A stretch of 64,000 bases of DNA, taken from contig OZ243948.1 in assembly GCA_965214255.1 (NCBI GenBank), forward strand, positions 452,916 to 516,915, written 5' to 3'. The DNA comes from Alphaproteobacteria bacterium (lineage in GTDB: Bacteria > Pseudomonadota > Alphaproteobacteria > SMXP01). The position numbers and the translations under genes were made by a program. The notes beneath the pieces are model-generated. The model was not told the origin of the DNA and made no database searches. It saw nothing but the letters and a program-made list of their open reading frames with translations. Positions 10,735-20,238 of this stretch are shown here, piece by piece. How positions within the stretch are numbered: the stretch's first letter is position 1; each line of letters opens with the position of its first letter.

Positions 10735-11466
10735 ATGAGCGAGCTTTCAGGAAAAACGGGGCGCCGCCGGATTTATTTGATGCGTCACGGTCATGTCGAC
10801 TATTTCAGTGAAGACGTCAAAACGAAGCAGCGAGCGGATCATATTACGCTGACGGAGCTTGGCCGCGAACAAGTAACGGTGGCGGCTCAAGCTTTATCCC
10901 ACATTGCCTTCGACCGCGCGGTCTGTTCGGGACTGCCAAGAACACGGGAGACGGCGGAAATTATCCTCGGTCAAGTTGTATCGTCGGCCCCCTTGCTTGA
11001 ACATCGTGCAGGTTTGAAAGAGATCACCATGGGCCGACTTGTGAAAAAAACCAGTCGCGACCAACTGGCCGCCCTCGTGGCGTTTCACTTCGACAATGCA
11101 GCACAAGATGGTGCCAGCTTCTTGAACGGCGGTGAGAGGTTCGCCGACGCATATGCGCGCGCCGTCGGAGAAGTCGAGATGTTGTTGAAGGAACCGCACT
11201 GGCGCACCATGATCATCGTTGCCCATGAAGGCATCAATCGTATGATTTTAGGCTGGGCGACCGGAAACGGTTTGAGAGCCATTCAAGCGTTCGAACAAGA
11301 TTTGGCTTGTATCAATATTCTGGATTTCGATTTGGTGCCGCGCGCCGACGGCGAGGGAACCGAGATTGAGCGCAAGATCATCAAAGCGGTCAATCTCACG
11401 CCTTACAACTTCGTAAAACACGGTATGAATCTGACCAGCATCGAAACGATCTTCACAGAACCGTGA
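10735..11466 (+). CDS. Histidine phosphatase family protein (phosphoglycerate-mutase-like)
   Basis: LMRHGHVDYF RHG catalytic motif near the N-terminus and a later ...IIVAHEG... motif; 243 aa. Confidence 0.7.
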   Translation: MSELSGKTGRRRIYLMRHGHVDYFSEDVKTKQRADHITLTELGREQVTVAAQALSHIAFDRAVCSGLPRTRETAEIILGQVVSSAPLLEHRAGLKEITMGRLVKKTSRDQLAALVAFHFDNAAQDGASFLNGGERFADAYARAVGEVEMLLKEPHWRTMIIVAHEGINRMILGWATGNGLRAIQAFEQDLACINILDFDLVPRADGEGTEIERKIIKAVNLTPYNFVKHGMNLTSIETIFTEP

Positions 11467-11485
11467 TCTTGAAACAATTTCGGTT

Positions 11486-13351
11486 TTAGTTGGCCGGCCG
11501 CATCCACCACGTATCGATTTTTGTACCTGTCAATGGCACGCGGTTCGGCGGTTGAAGTTGAGACCAGTAGGCGATGCGGTCTGCCGGCGAGTAGTAAAAG
11601 GGAATGACATAATGACCCGACAACAAAACGCGGTCGAGCGCGCGGGTAGCGGCTACGAGTTCCTCGCGCGTCTGGGCGTTCGTCATGGCCGCGACCATCG
11701 TGTCAACCGCATCGCTTTTGACGCCTGCATAATTGAATGTTCCCTCGATATCGGCCTCCTTGGAGCCGAAGCGAAATAGCTGTTCGTTTCCCGGGGAAAG
11801 TGTTCCCTGCCATCGCTCGGGCAACATGTCGAAATCATACGTTTGCTGACGTTCAATGAACTGTGAATTGTCCACCATTCTGATGTTGACATCGAGTCCC
11901 AGATTTTCCAGTGATTTGGCGAAAATCAAGGCAATCCTCTGATGAAGCGCCAACTGCACCATGATCTCGAATTCGAAGGGTTCGCCGGTTGCCTGATTAA
12001 CTAGCCGGCCATCGCTGACGCTCCAACCGGCTTCCCCAAACAATTGAAGCGCCTTTCGTCTGTTGTTCCGCACCGCCGCGGGAGAGCCGCCTTGTGGCGC
12101 TTGCCATCCATTCGCCAATATTTTCGGCTTTACGGACTCAAGGTATGGACTCAGGAGTTTCAGTTCCAACGGATCGGCAGGTTTTCCGTTCGAGCTCAGG
12201 TCCGAATTGCCGAAATAACTTTTTACTCTTTCGTATGTTCCGTAAAAGAGGTTTTTATTCATCCATTCAAAATCGAATAGATGAATCAGCGCGTTTCGCA
12301 CTCTTTCATCCTTAAAGACCTCTTTTCTTGTGTTGAAAACGAAACCATACATGTCAGCCGTGCGTCCGTGCGGAAACTGTCGTCTTTGAATACGGCCGTC
12401 CTTTATTGCCGGAGAGTCGTATGCGGTCGCCCAATTTTTAGCCGAGCGTTCGTAGCGAATTAAAACCTCTCCTTTTTTGAAGGCTTCAAGCAAAGAAGCT
12501 TCATCTCGGAAGAACTCGTAACGGATTGAATCGAAATTGTGGTGCCCTCTTTTTACCGCCAGGTTTTCGGCCCAATAGTTCGGATTACGCGTGAACACCA
12601 AGCGTCTTCCCGGGACCACCTCGGAGATCGTATAAGGCCCGCTGCCGATTGGCGGGTCGAGACTGCTCTTGCCGAAATCCCGAGGCTCATGGAATGACTT
12701 CGACAGAATAGGCATAAGACCCATGATCAGCGGCAGTTCACGATTACCGGTCTCTTCGAATACGAAGCGCACTTTGTTTGGCGCCGTGCGTTGAACGTCA
12801 CGAACGAGCGAATAGAAACGCCGCATGTTGGGGCGCCCCTGTTCCTTGAGCGTTGCCCAAGAAAAAATCACGTCTTCTATCGTGATTGATGAGCCGTCGG
12901 AAAAACGCGCCTCGGGGCGCAACTCGAACTCGACCCAGCTTCTGTCATCCGGGACTTCGACCGTTCGGGCAATTAATCCGTACAGTGAGAAAGGTTCATC
13001 TTGTCCTCGCATCATCAGGGATTCAAACGTGTGAAGTTGGACAACCAAATAGTTGAGTTCGAAGTCAAATCGGACTTTTGGAGAGTTGCCTTGCACGATG
13101 AACGGATTGAGGCTGTCGAATGTGCCGACTTCTCCAACCGCGAGTTCTCCGCCTTTTATGGCGAACGGGTCCACATGGTCAAAGCCCGAAAAGCCCGCTT
13201 CATAGCGCGGCGCGCCGTGCATGGCGATAGCATGCTTGGCGCCGGTGCCGGGGGAGGAGGTTTCATTGTCGGCTGCCAGAGGCGCCTTCGACAGCGACCC
13301 GACAATCACGTTGACACACAGACCGAGAGCTATGGCATGAGTCCGGTTCAT
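11486..13351 (-). CDS. ABC transporter substrate-binding protein, family 5 (oligopeptide/YejA-like), periplasmic
   Basis: About 620 aa mature size; signal peptide MNRTHAIALGLCVNVIVGSLSKAPLAA after trimming the long ORF; overall SBP_bac_5 architecture; no adjacent permease or ATPase genes. Confidence 0.7.
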   Translation of the reverse strand: MNRTHAIALGLCVNVIVGSLSKAPLAADNETSSPGTGAKHAIAMHGAPRYEAGFSGFDHVDPFAIKGGELAVGEVGTFDSLNPFIVQGNSPKVRFDFELNYLVVQLHTFESLMMRGQDEPFSLYGLIARTVEVPDDRSWVEFELRPEARFSDGSSITIEDVIFSWATLKEQGRPNMRRFYSLVRDVQRTAPNKVRFVFEETGNRELPLIMGLMPILSKSFHEPRDFGKSSLDPPIGSGPYTISEVVPGRRLVFTRNPNYWAENLAVKRGHHNFDSIRYEFFRDEASLLEAFKKGEVLIRYERSAKNWATAYDSPAIKDGRIQRRQFPHGRTADMYGFVFNTRKEVFKDERVRNALIHLFDFEWMNKNLFYGTYERVKSYFGNSDLSSNGKPADPLELKLLSPYLESVKPKILANGWQAPQGGSPAAVRNNRRKALQLFGEAGWSVSDGRLVNQATGEPFEFEIMVQLALHQRIALIFAKSLENLGLDVNIRMVDNSQFIERQQTYDFDMLPERWQGTLSPGNEQLFRFGSKEADIEGTFNYAGVKSDAVDTMVAAMTNAQTREELVAATRALDRVLLSGHYVIPFYYSPADRIAYWSQLQPPNRVPLTGTKIDTWWMRPAN

Positions 13352-13605
13352 ATTTATTAAATTGTCTCCCATTTTTCGCGCGCTGCACGGCTGCAACAAA
13401 TTAACATATGACTTTTGCTCTAAACGAAGACCTCGCCAATACCGCTTCAAGCCGGAACTCTGATTCGCGGCCCGTTCGAGAGGCACCCGAACAAGGTCGT
13501 ATTTCCGTGGCTTGTCAATCGGGACTAAAGAAGTTTGAACGACGGCCCGGTTAGAGTGCCGTCGCTTCGGTAAACGGCCTTGAACAGGCGGCAAACGGCC
13601 GGGGC

Positions 13606-13935
13606 CTAGTGGGTATTCCCGTGCAGAAGTTCGTACACGCCGTTATCCAGCTTGCCGAATATTTCCTTGACCTGTGGATGGCGTACCGGTTCGCCGCTAT
13701 CGTCGGGCAACAAGTTCTGCTCGGAGACGTAGGCAATGTAGTCCGTTTCTTCGTTTTCAGCGAGCAAGTGATAGAACGGCTGATCTTTTCGCGGGCGTAT
13801 GTTTTCGGGGATCGACAGCCACCATTCCTCGGAATTGCTGAAAGTAGGGTCGACGTCAAAGATCACACCCCGAAAGAGAAAAATGCGATGCCGGACGACT
13901 TGGCCGATATTGAATTTTGCAAACCGATTATTCAT
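13606..13935 (-). CDS. hspQ: Heat-shock protein HspQ (YccV-like hemimethylated-DNA-binding domain)
   Basis: FNIGQVVRHRIFLFRGVIFDVDP matches the HspQ/YccV core; ATG at 13935 (the ORF-track start is GTG). Confidence 0.75.
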   Translation of the reverse strand: MNNRFAKFNIGQVVRHRIFLFRGVIFDVDPTFSNSEEWWLSIPENIRPRKDQPFYHLLAENEETDYIAYVSEQNLLPDDSGEPVRHPQVKEIFGKLDNGVYELLHGNTH

Positions 13936-14209
13936 TTTCGACACCCTTCAATAATGGCAACCTAATTAAAAAGTCTCTCACGGCAAGATAAATTTGTCGC
14001 AAGTTGGCGAGGCCTTGTTTTGACAACGATATATCGCGCTTGGCCGGACCGAGTCGCCGATTTTATGAAAAAATAAATGAATGAATATCAATGACTTAGA
14101 GTTGTTAAGTTAAGGTATGGTCTCAATATATTAACCGTCTTTGGATCATTGTGTACGCTTGCGTATGGTTAACGCGGCCGCATCGTTACTTATCGAGAAT
14201 GGTGTTCAA

Positions 14210-14235
14210 AACCGTTTTTCCGCTCAGAGACGGTT
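14210..14235. promoter_or_regulatory. Inverted repeat AACCGT-N14-ACGGTT in the hspQ/amidase divergent intergenic region
   Basis: aaccgtttttccgctcagagacggtt, about 60 nt upstream of the amidase start, inside a locally AT-rich 330-bp non-coding stretch. Confidence 0.25.
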
Positions 14236-14295
14236 AAAGAGATTCGGTAACATCCGCGTCTTTTGCGCCGATGTACTCTCAAGAGAGGACGTATT

Positions 14296-15834
14296 ATGGA
14301 GACGCGGGAATGGACGCGGCGCGATGCCTTACGGCAGGGCGCTGCCATAGTCGGGACATTGAACGGGTTTGCGCAAGGAGCACGGGCCATGAACGCAGGG
14401 CCGCCACCGGTTATCGATGCCTATGAAACCTATGATGGTCTGGGTCTGGCGGATCTGATCTCTCGGCGTGAGGTCAGCGCCGAAGAATTGCTCGACATCG
14501 CGATCGAGCGAACGGAGACGATCAATCCTCGGATCAATGCCGTTGTTCTGAAATATTATGAGCTTGCGCGTGAACAAATCGAAGCGGGGTTGCCGGACGG
14601 GCCGTTCACGGGTGTTCCGTTTTTGCTCAAAGATTTGGGTCTGGATTTGTTGGGCGCACGAACGACATCGGGCAGTCGATCCAGTGTCGATCTCCCCGCC
14701 GCTACTGCAGACAGCACACTGGTGTCGCGATACAAACAGGCGGGTTTGGTCATCTTCGGAAAAACGGCAACGCCGGAATTCGGCTTGACGGCGACGACGG
14801 AATCCAAACTTCATGGTCTGACAAGGAACCCTTGGGACTTGGAATTGACGGCGGGCGGGTCGTCGGGCGGCGCCGCGGCCGCGGTTATTGCCGGATTGGT
14901 TCCCATGGCTCATGCCAGCGACGGCGGCGGCTCCATTCGCACACCGGCGTCATGCTGCGGTGTGTTCGGAATGAAGCCGACGCGGGCGCGAACTCCCATG
15001 GGCCCTGATTATCTCGAAGCCTGGCAAGGGTTGAGCACCAATCACGTCGTCACCATGAGCGTGCGTGACAGTGCGGCGCTCATGGATATATCGCACGGCC
15101 CCGAGCCCGGTTCTCCTTATCGGGCGCCGCCTCCAAGGCGTCCGTATTTGCAGGAAGTTGAGCGGAGTCCGGGCCGGCTTCGCATCGCTCTCGTCAAAAG
15201 TCCGCCGTCAGGCAGTGAGGTCAGCGAGGTGTGTTTGAAGGGCGCCGAAGAAACCGCAAGGCTTTGCGAATCTCTTGGACATGAGGTCGAAGAGGCCCAG
15301 CCGCTGCTCGATTTTGAGGCGATCAACAAAGGCATGTTGGATACTCTGGGCGTGTCGGTTCAGCAAAGACTCGAAGATGTCGGCGCGGCGCGGGGAAAAC
15401 CTGTAACGGAAGAGGAAGTCGAGCCTGTTACCTGGCTGTTTGCCGAACAGGGCAAGACCGTAAGCGGCAGTGACTATGCGCGGGCGCGCTCGGTCTTCGA
15501 CAAGGCGGGCCAGACCATGGATCGGTTCATGGAAAGCTGCGATGTGATCTTGTCGCCTACTTTGGCAAAGCCGCCCGTCAGGCTCGGGCTCTTAAGTCTG
15601 TCGCCGCTCGACTTTAACGCCTATGTGGAGGATGTCACGACATTCGGGCCCTTCACCGCCATTTACAACCAAACGGGTCAACCCTCGATGTCCGTGCCGC
15701 TCTGCGAAAGCGAAGCCGGTCTGCCCATAGGCATGATGTTTTCGGGGCGGTTCGGTGACGAAGCGACGCTCTATCGTCTTGCCGGTCAATTGGAGCGGGC
15801 AAAGCCGTGGAGAGACCGGCGGCCGTCGCTTTGA
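14296..15834 (+). CDS. Amidase (amidase-signature family), Tat-secreted
   Basis: [11 protein letters not shown] amidase signature plus K/S/S catalytic context; N-terminal twin-arginine motif [14 protein letters not shown]; ATG at 14296 (the ORF-track start is TTG). Confidence 0.8.
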   Translation: METREWTRRDALRQGAAIVGTLNGFAQGARAMNAGPPPVIDAYETYDGLGLADLISRREVSAEELLDIAIERTETINPRINAVVLKYYELAREQIEAGLPDGPFTGVPFLLKDLGLDLLGARTTSGSRSSVDLPAATADSTLVSRYKQAGLVIFGKTATPEFGLTATTESKLHGLTRNPWDLELTAGGSSGGAAAAVIAGLVPMAHASDGGGSIRTPASCCGVFGMKPTRARTPMGPDYLEAWQGLSTNHVVTMSVRDSAALMDISHGPEPGSPYRAPPPRRPYLQEVERSPGRLRIALVKSPPSGSEVSEVCLKGAEETARLCESLGHEVEEAQPLLDFEAINKGMLDTLGVSVQQRLEDVGAARGKPVTEEEVEPVTWLFAEQGKTVSGSDYARARSVFDKAGQTMDRFMESCDVILSPTLAKPPVRLGLLSLSPLDFNAYVEDVTTFGPFTAIYNQTGQPSMSVPLCESEAGLPIGMMFSGRFGDEATLYRLAGQLERAKPWRDRRPSL

Positions 15835-15845
15835 AAGATCGGGTT

Positions 15846-16541
15846 TCAAAAGATTGGAGCAAGGCTGTAGACAAGCCTGCCTTCGGCGGCTTTGCTCGTC
15901 GGGGGACTGCGATGCACCAGGCCCTTGCCTTGTGCGCCGGGATACGTCCGCCCTTTGAGGACGGCCACCGCAAATCTATCGATGCGGTGTATCCGTTCGC
16001 GATCAAATCGGTGACCGCCGCTCGAATCCTGCTCATTCGAGGGTCGGCAGTCCGTACTTGAACCTTCGAGCCACTCGGTGCCCGCGCCGGCATAGATTGT
16101 CAACAGGCGCAGCGGAACATCGTCCATATGAAATCGGCTTTCAGGTCTCGTTCTATTGAGTTCCAGCCGTGCTTTGAAACGTTTGGCTTTCGCTATGCCG
16201 GCAAAGAGATCGACAAGAGCCGCCAGATTCGAGGCGAAAATTCGCTTGCCCGGCGATTCGCCGTTCCAATACAAATCGACGACTTGACCGATCTTGGCCG
16301 CCGCGTTCTGCGGTGTAACTTCGAACACGCTCTGCTGAAAACCCGAGGGTATTTCGCGGTCAAGCCATTGAACGAGACTCGGCAGAACCGACCTGTTCCA
16401 AATCACAAGGTTGATATCTTCGCGATGAATCTGCGCCAGATCATCAGGTTGAACGACTTGAAGATGTCCGGATTTATGCGCCCGCTCCTTTTGAAGCTCG
16501 ATGAGATAAATATCGCTTGCGTCACTTTGCACGATGCGCAC
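15846..16541 (-). CDS. Hypothetical protein (possibly DUF1826-like)
   Basis: 231-aa ORF with protein-like composition in its first ~170 aa (…RLLTIYAGAGTEWLEG…); the C-terminal tail is low-complexity; no recognisable catalytic motif. Confidence 0.4.
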   Translation of the reverse strand: MRIVQSDASDIYLIELQKERAHKSGHLQVVQPDDLAQIHREDINLVIWNRSVLPSLVQWLDREIPSGFQQSVFEVTPQNAAAKIGQVVDLYWNGESPGKRIFASNLAALVDLFAGIAKAKRFKARLELNRTRPESRFHMDDVPLRLLTIYAGAGTEWLEGSSTDCRPSNEQDSSGGHRFDRERIHRIDRFAVAVLKGRTYPGAQGKGLVHRSPPTSKAAEGRLVYSLAPIF

Positions 16542-16598
16542 TATCTCGAATAGCGGGCCATGACGTCTATTTCAGGCGTATATGGTTCGCGAGACATT

Positions 16599-17456
16599 CT
16601 ATTTCTTCAGCCTCACCAGCCCCTCTTGCGCCACGGATGCGATCAGAGTTCCGTCGCGCTTATAGATGGTTCCCCGGTTAAACCCGCGCGAACCGAAAGA
16701 GGACGGGCTGTCCTGTGCATATAGCAACCAGTCGTCGGCTCGAAACGGGCGGTGAAACCACATGCCATGGTCGAGGCTGGCTAGCTGGGTTCGTTGATCG
16801 AGAAAACTCAACCCGTGAGGTAAAAGGCTTGTGTCAAGCAAGGTCATGTCCGAAGCGTACGCCAGGACGCATTGATGAATGGCGATGTCGTCCTGAAGCG
16901 CTCCTCTTGCACGCACCCAGACATGCTGCACGGGGTCCCGTTTCTCGGGTTTGTCGAGTGAGCGAGGATGAACCGGCCGCAATTCGATGGGGCTCTCCCG
17001 CCGCAGCCATCGCGCTATTTCCGAAGCCGGATTTTTCTCATACTGCGAGAACAATTCGGTTTCCGCCGGCAGGTCTTCCGGCGGCGGCACGTCAGGCATG
17101 GCCACTTGGTGTTCGACTCCCTCTTCTTCCACATGAAACGAGACCGACATGGTGAAAATAGGACGACCATGCTGTATGGCGACGACGCGACGGGTCGTGA
17201 AGCTTCTGCCGTCGCGCGCCCGGTCCACCTCGTACAGAATCGGAACCTTCGGGTCGCCGGGGCGTATGAAGTAAGCGTGCAGCGAATGTGCGCTTCGTTT
17301 GTCGACGGTACGGGTTGCGGCGACGAGCGCCTGACCCAATACTTGCCCGCCAAAGACCCGTTGCCAGCTGTCCTGAGGGCTCCGGCCGCGAAATATATTG
17401 ACTTCAATCAGTTCCAGATCGAGAAGTTGAAGAAGTTTGTTAACGGCTTGGCCCAT
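16599..17456 (-). CDS. tesB: Acyl-CoA thioesterase II
   Basis: 285 aa starting MGQAVNKLLQLLDLELIEVNIFRGRSPQD…RVFGGQVLGQAL, collinear with E. coli TesB including the double hot-dog fold; the upstream 158 codons of the ORF look non-coding. Confidence 0.85.
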   Translation of the reverse strand: MGQAVNKLLQLLDLELIEVNIFRGRSPQDSWQRVFGGQVLGQALVAATRTVDKRSAHSLHAYFIRPGDPKVPILYEVDRARDGRSFTTRRVVAIQHGRPIFTMSVSFHVEEEGVEHQVAMPDVPPPEDLPAETELFSQYEKNPASEIARWLRRESPIELRPVHPRSLDKPEKRDPVQHVWVRARGALQDDIAIHQCVLAYASDMTLLDTSLLPHGLSFLDQRTQLASLDHGMWFHRPFRADDWLLYAQDSPSSFGSRGFNRGTIYKRDGTLIASVAQEGLVRLKK

Positions 17457-17585
17457 ATGCCGCACCTCCATCGACACTGTTTCCCCGTCCGTATAGCATA
17501 GAACGCCGATATCCGTTGATGATTGGCGTGATACTCGACTAAAGATATACCTGTCGTCGCTTTCATATCGAATAAGGAGACGCTT

Positions 17586-18569
17586 ATGTCCCGATCCGGC
17601 AGCCCCCTGCACGCGGCGGTAATCGGCACGAGTGATATAGTCAAATCTCTGTCCTTCTATCGCGACGTGATCGGCATGGCGGTCATTGTCGATGAAACGT
17701 GGCGGGGCGAGGCCTTCGAACATCACTGGCAAGTGCCGCGCGGCATGTCGGCTCACGCCGTTTTGTTGCGGGCCGACGATTCCGGCGTAGGTCAAGTCTT
17801 GTTGCTGCAATTCGACGCCGACGGCAGCCGACGCATTAGAGACGAGGGCGTTCGTTCCGCCTACGGCCTCTTCAATCTCAATCTCTATGTGGACGACGTT
17901 CATAAAGTTGCCGGCGAGTTGAAAAAACAAGGGTTCGATTTATGGGCCGAGCCGGTAGAGCCCGATTTCGAAAACAAGGAGGGCCACTCCATCGAAGCCG
18001 TCTTCGATGACCCCGACGGCGTGGCCATGAATCTGATTCAACTTGTCGGCGGCGATGAAAACTCGTTCATCGGGCGCGTTCGTATGGAAGTTGAGACGAC
18101 GCAAAAGACCAGGACCGGATTCACCCCCGTGGCGACATCGTCGCATATCGCCAAAGGCGGAGAGGCCGCCATTTCTTTTTATCGTGATGTTCTGGGCATG
18201 TCGGTCGCCATGGACCTCGAAATGTCGACACCGGATGCCAATGAAATGCTGGGACGGCCGAGAGACGGCAAGACGCGCACCGCGTTTCTGGAAGGCCCTC
18301 ATCCGTTTGGGAAGATCGTCGTTTCCAGTCCCGTCGATTATGAATTGCCCGACAATGTTCCCGCCGCCGTTGCGCCGAACACGGGTTATATTGCGCAGAC
18401 TTTTCTGGTGCCCGACATCAAACAGGCGTGCACCGAAGCTCTTGACCTCGGCGGCGCGCTATTCTCATCCGCGGCGAGCTTGCATTTTCCCGGTCTTGAT
18501 CGCCGCGATGCGCTGGTTCTCCGTTGCCCCGGAAGCGGCGCGCTCATCGAATTGATATCGGAACACTGA
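17586..18569 (+). CDS. VOC-family protein with two tandem glyoxalase/bleomycin-resistance/dioxygenase domains
   Basis: Two repeats of the β-α-β-β-β VOC pattern (…AAVIGTSDIVKSLSFYRDVIGMAV… and …IAKGGEAAISFYRDVLGMSVA…). Confidence 0.65.
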   Translation: MSRSGSPLHAAVIGTSDIVKSLSFYRDVIGMAVIVDETWRGEAFEHHWQVPRGMSAHAVLLRADDSGVGQVLLLQFDADGSRRIRDEGVRSAYGLFNLNLYVDDVHKVAGELKKQGFDLWAEPVEPDFENKEGHSIEAVFDDPDGVAMNLIQLVGGDENSFIGRVRMEVETTQKTRTGFTPVATSSHIAKGGEAAISFYRDVLGMSVAMDLEMSTPDANEMLGRPRDGKTRTAFLEGPHPFGKIVVSSPVDYELPDNVPAAVAPNTGYIAQTFLVPDIKQACTEALDLGGALFSSAASLHFPGLDRRDALVLRCPGSGALIELISEH

Positions 18570-18626
18570 AGCGTCGTGCGCAAAAGTGTTGCACGCTGCT
18601 GATAGAAGTATTCGCGGAGTGACGAC

Positions 18627-19022
18627 ATGAAGACGTTGAAGGTTGGCATCGCCGACTATGAGAGCATGAAAGCCCGCACGCTTCGCATCGCACGCGGTGA
18701 GGAGCGTCCGCGCCCGAACGGTCCCAAGGTGTGGTTCACGTCCACAGAGTCGTTTGCGCGGATACTCTCGGCGGGCAACCGCGAACTCTTGCTCACGATC
18801 GCCGAGCGGTCTCCCGGCTCGCTGAATGAACTGGCGCAGATGACGGGGCGGGCCAAATCCAATCTGTCACGCACCTTGAAGAAGATGGTGGAATACGGCC
18901 TTGTCGAGATCGAGCCCGGCAAAGGTCGGCGATTGCGACCGAAGGTTACTTGTGAGCGCGTGTCGCTCGAACTGCCCCTGATCGAGCCCAAACCTCGCAA
19001 AGCTGCGGGACAGCGATCATGA
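18627..19022 (+). CDS. Small winged-helix transcriptional regulator (MarR-like/predicted)
   Basis: 131 aa; …SLNELAQMTGRAKSNLSRTLKKMVEYGLVEIE… looks like an HTH recognition helix plus wing; sits immediately downstream of the VOC gene. Confidence 0.5.
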   Translation: MKTLKVGIADYESMKARTLRIARGEERPRPNGPKVWFTSTESFARILSAGNRELLLTIAERSPGSLNELAQMTGRAKSNLSRTLKKMVEYGLVEIEPGKGRRLRPKVTCERVSLELPLIEPKPRKAAGQRS

Positions 19023-19108
19023 GCGCGTCAAGTCGAGCATGGTGTCTTGATCCCCGATCAGCGACGTCAGGGTGAGGCTTGGCGTGAAGCGCGCGGTCAA
19101 GACCCCGT

Positions 19109-19834
19109 CTAGACCAGTCGCCGCCCGCCGTCGCACGGTACGACGAGTCCCGTCAGAAAATCGTTGGTGATGAACGCCGCAACCAGTTGGGCGGCATCGT
19201 CCGCGCTTCCGATCCGGCCCAGCGGCGTCTTCGCGGCGGCCTCTTCGTACATCCGTCCACGGACGGTATCGGGAATTCGATCCCATGCTTCCGTGTCCGT
19301 GAGACCCGGAGACGCGGCGTTGATCCGCCGCGGAGCAACTTCCACGGCCAGCGTTTTGATCATCCCTTCGAGCGCGCCGTTGACGGCCGACAGAGATGAC
19401 GCGCCGGGGGCGGCCGCCAGGGCCGAAGCTCCGGTGACGATTGAGATGGACCCGCGCGCGGATAAGACGTTCGCTGCCGCGTGAATCGCATTCAAACAGG
19501 GCCAGAATTTGCCTTCGAAAGTCATCCGAAAGTCGCTCTCGCCGATGTCGGCGAAGGGGCCGAGCGAAGCATTTCCGGCAAGCGAAACGACCACATGATC
19601 GGGGTGGCCGCACCGCTCGAAGAAGTTTACGCACGCTGCGGCATCGGCGTAATCGACCGAAGCGATGTCCACGGGTCCTTCGATCCTCGCGGCGGCCGCT
19701 TCGAGTTTTGTCTCGGAGCGGCCCGTGATCGTCATCTCCGCACCCATCCGGCTCAGATGCCGCGCCGCGGCGAAACCGATCCCGCTGCCGCCTCCGCAAA
19801 CGACGATTCGTTGTCCACTCAGAAGTCCGGTCAT
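19109..19834 (-). CDS. SDR-family oxidoreductase (short-chain dehydrogenase/reductase)
   Basis: VVCGGGSGIGFAAA glycine-rich NAD(P)-binding motif; NAASPG and downstream catalytic region; ATG at 19834 with RBS (the longer ORF would run through the tRNA). Confidence 0.75.
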   Translation of the reverse strand: MTGLLSGQRIVVCGGGSGIGFAAARHLSRMGAEMTITGRSETKLEAAAARIEGPVDIASVDYADAAACVNFFERCGHPDHVVVSLAGNASLGPFADIGESDFRMTFEGKFWPCLNAIHAAANVLSARGSISIVTGASALAAAPGASSLSAVNGALEGMIKTLAVEVAPRRINAASPGLTDTEAWDRIPDTVRGRMYEEAAAKTPLGRIGSADDAAQLVAAFITNDFLTGLVVPCDGGRRLV

Positions 19835-19913
19835 TCTACGTCTCCAATTGCGGCCGAGAGAGGATCGATCGACATGCGCGAAGCGAAACGGTCCGGACAT
19901 CGACGGTGGATTT

Positions 19914-20003
19914 TGGCGGATGGGGTGGGATTCGAACCCACGAGACGCTCGCACGCCTGCTGGTTTTCAAGACCAGTGCCTTCAACCGCTCGGCCACCCA
20001 TCC
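19914..20003 (-). tRNA. tRNA-Ser (anticodon UGA), class II with long variable arm, CCA encoded
   Basis: Reverse complement reads GGATGGGTGGCCGAGCGGTTGAAGGCACTGGTCTTGAAAACCAGCAGGCGTGCGAGCGTCTCGTGGGTTCGAATCCCACCCCATCCGCCA: 7-bp acceptor stem, D-arm GCCGAGCGGTTGAAGGC, anticodon stem-loop CTGGT-CTTGAAA-ACCAG, long variable arm, T-arm GTGGGTTCGAATCCCAC. Confidence 0.9.
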
Positions 20004-20238
20004 GGTCGATTTCGTTTGTGTTGCCGACTGTGGATCAGCCGCGGTGTGCTATCAGATTGCCGGCATATCGACAAGATATCCATCCGTTTCAGTCTTATTC
20101 ATGCCGCCGATAGGCATTATCGCCGCTTGCCGATTGTCATTGACGTTCCGTGGATGTTATGCCCGGGTTGGCGAGCGTCAGTCTATACTCTCGGCTGAAG
20201 ACTCCCGAGGCCGCAGGCGGACAGCGAAAGGATAAGCG

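Noticed and set aside
372-17930. N-terminal extensions of several ORF-track entries (uxs, galU, DUF502, SBP, hspQ, amidase, tesB, nuoA/H/K, coaX, rpsB, tsf, PQQ dehydrogenase, SDR)
   Set aside because: The ORF-track starts are the furthest-upstream ATG/GTG/TTG. Family-typical N-termini, RBS spacing and neighbouring-gene overlaps support the shorter internal ATG starts given in the feature list.
19017-19799. 260-aa alternative-frame ORF within the SDR gene
   Set aside because: Arg-rich overlap artefact.
19481-20113. 210-aa plus-strand ORF spanning the tRNA-Ser
   Set aside because: It runs straight through a well-formed tRNA gene and is antisense to the SDR gene with clear Rossmann motifs.
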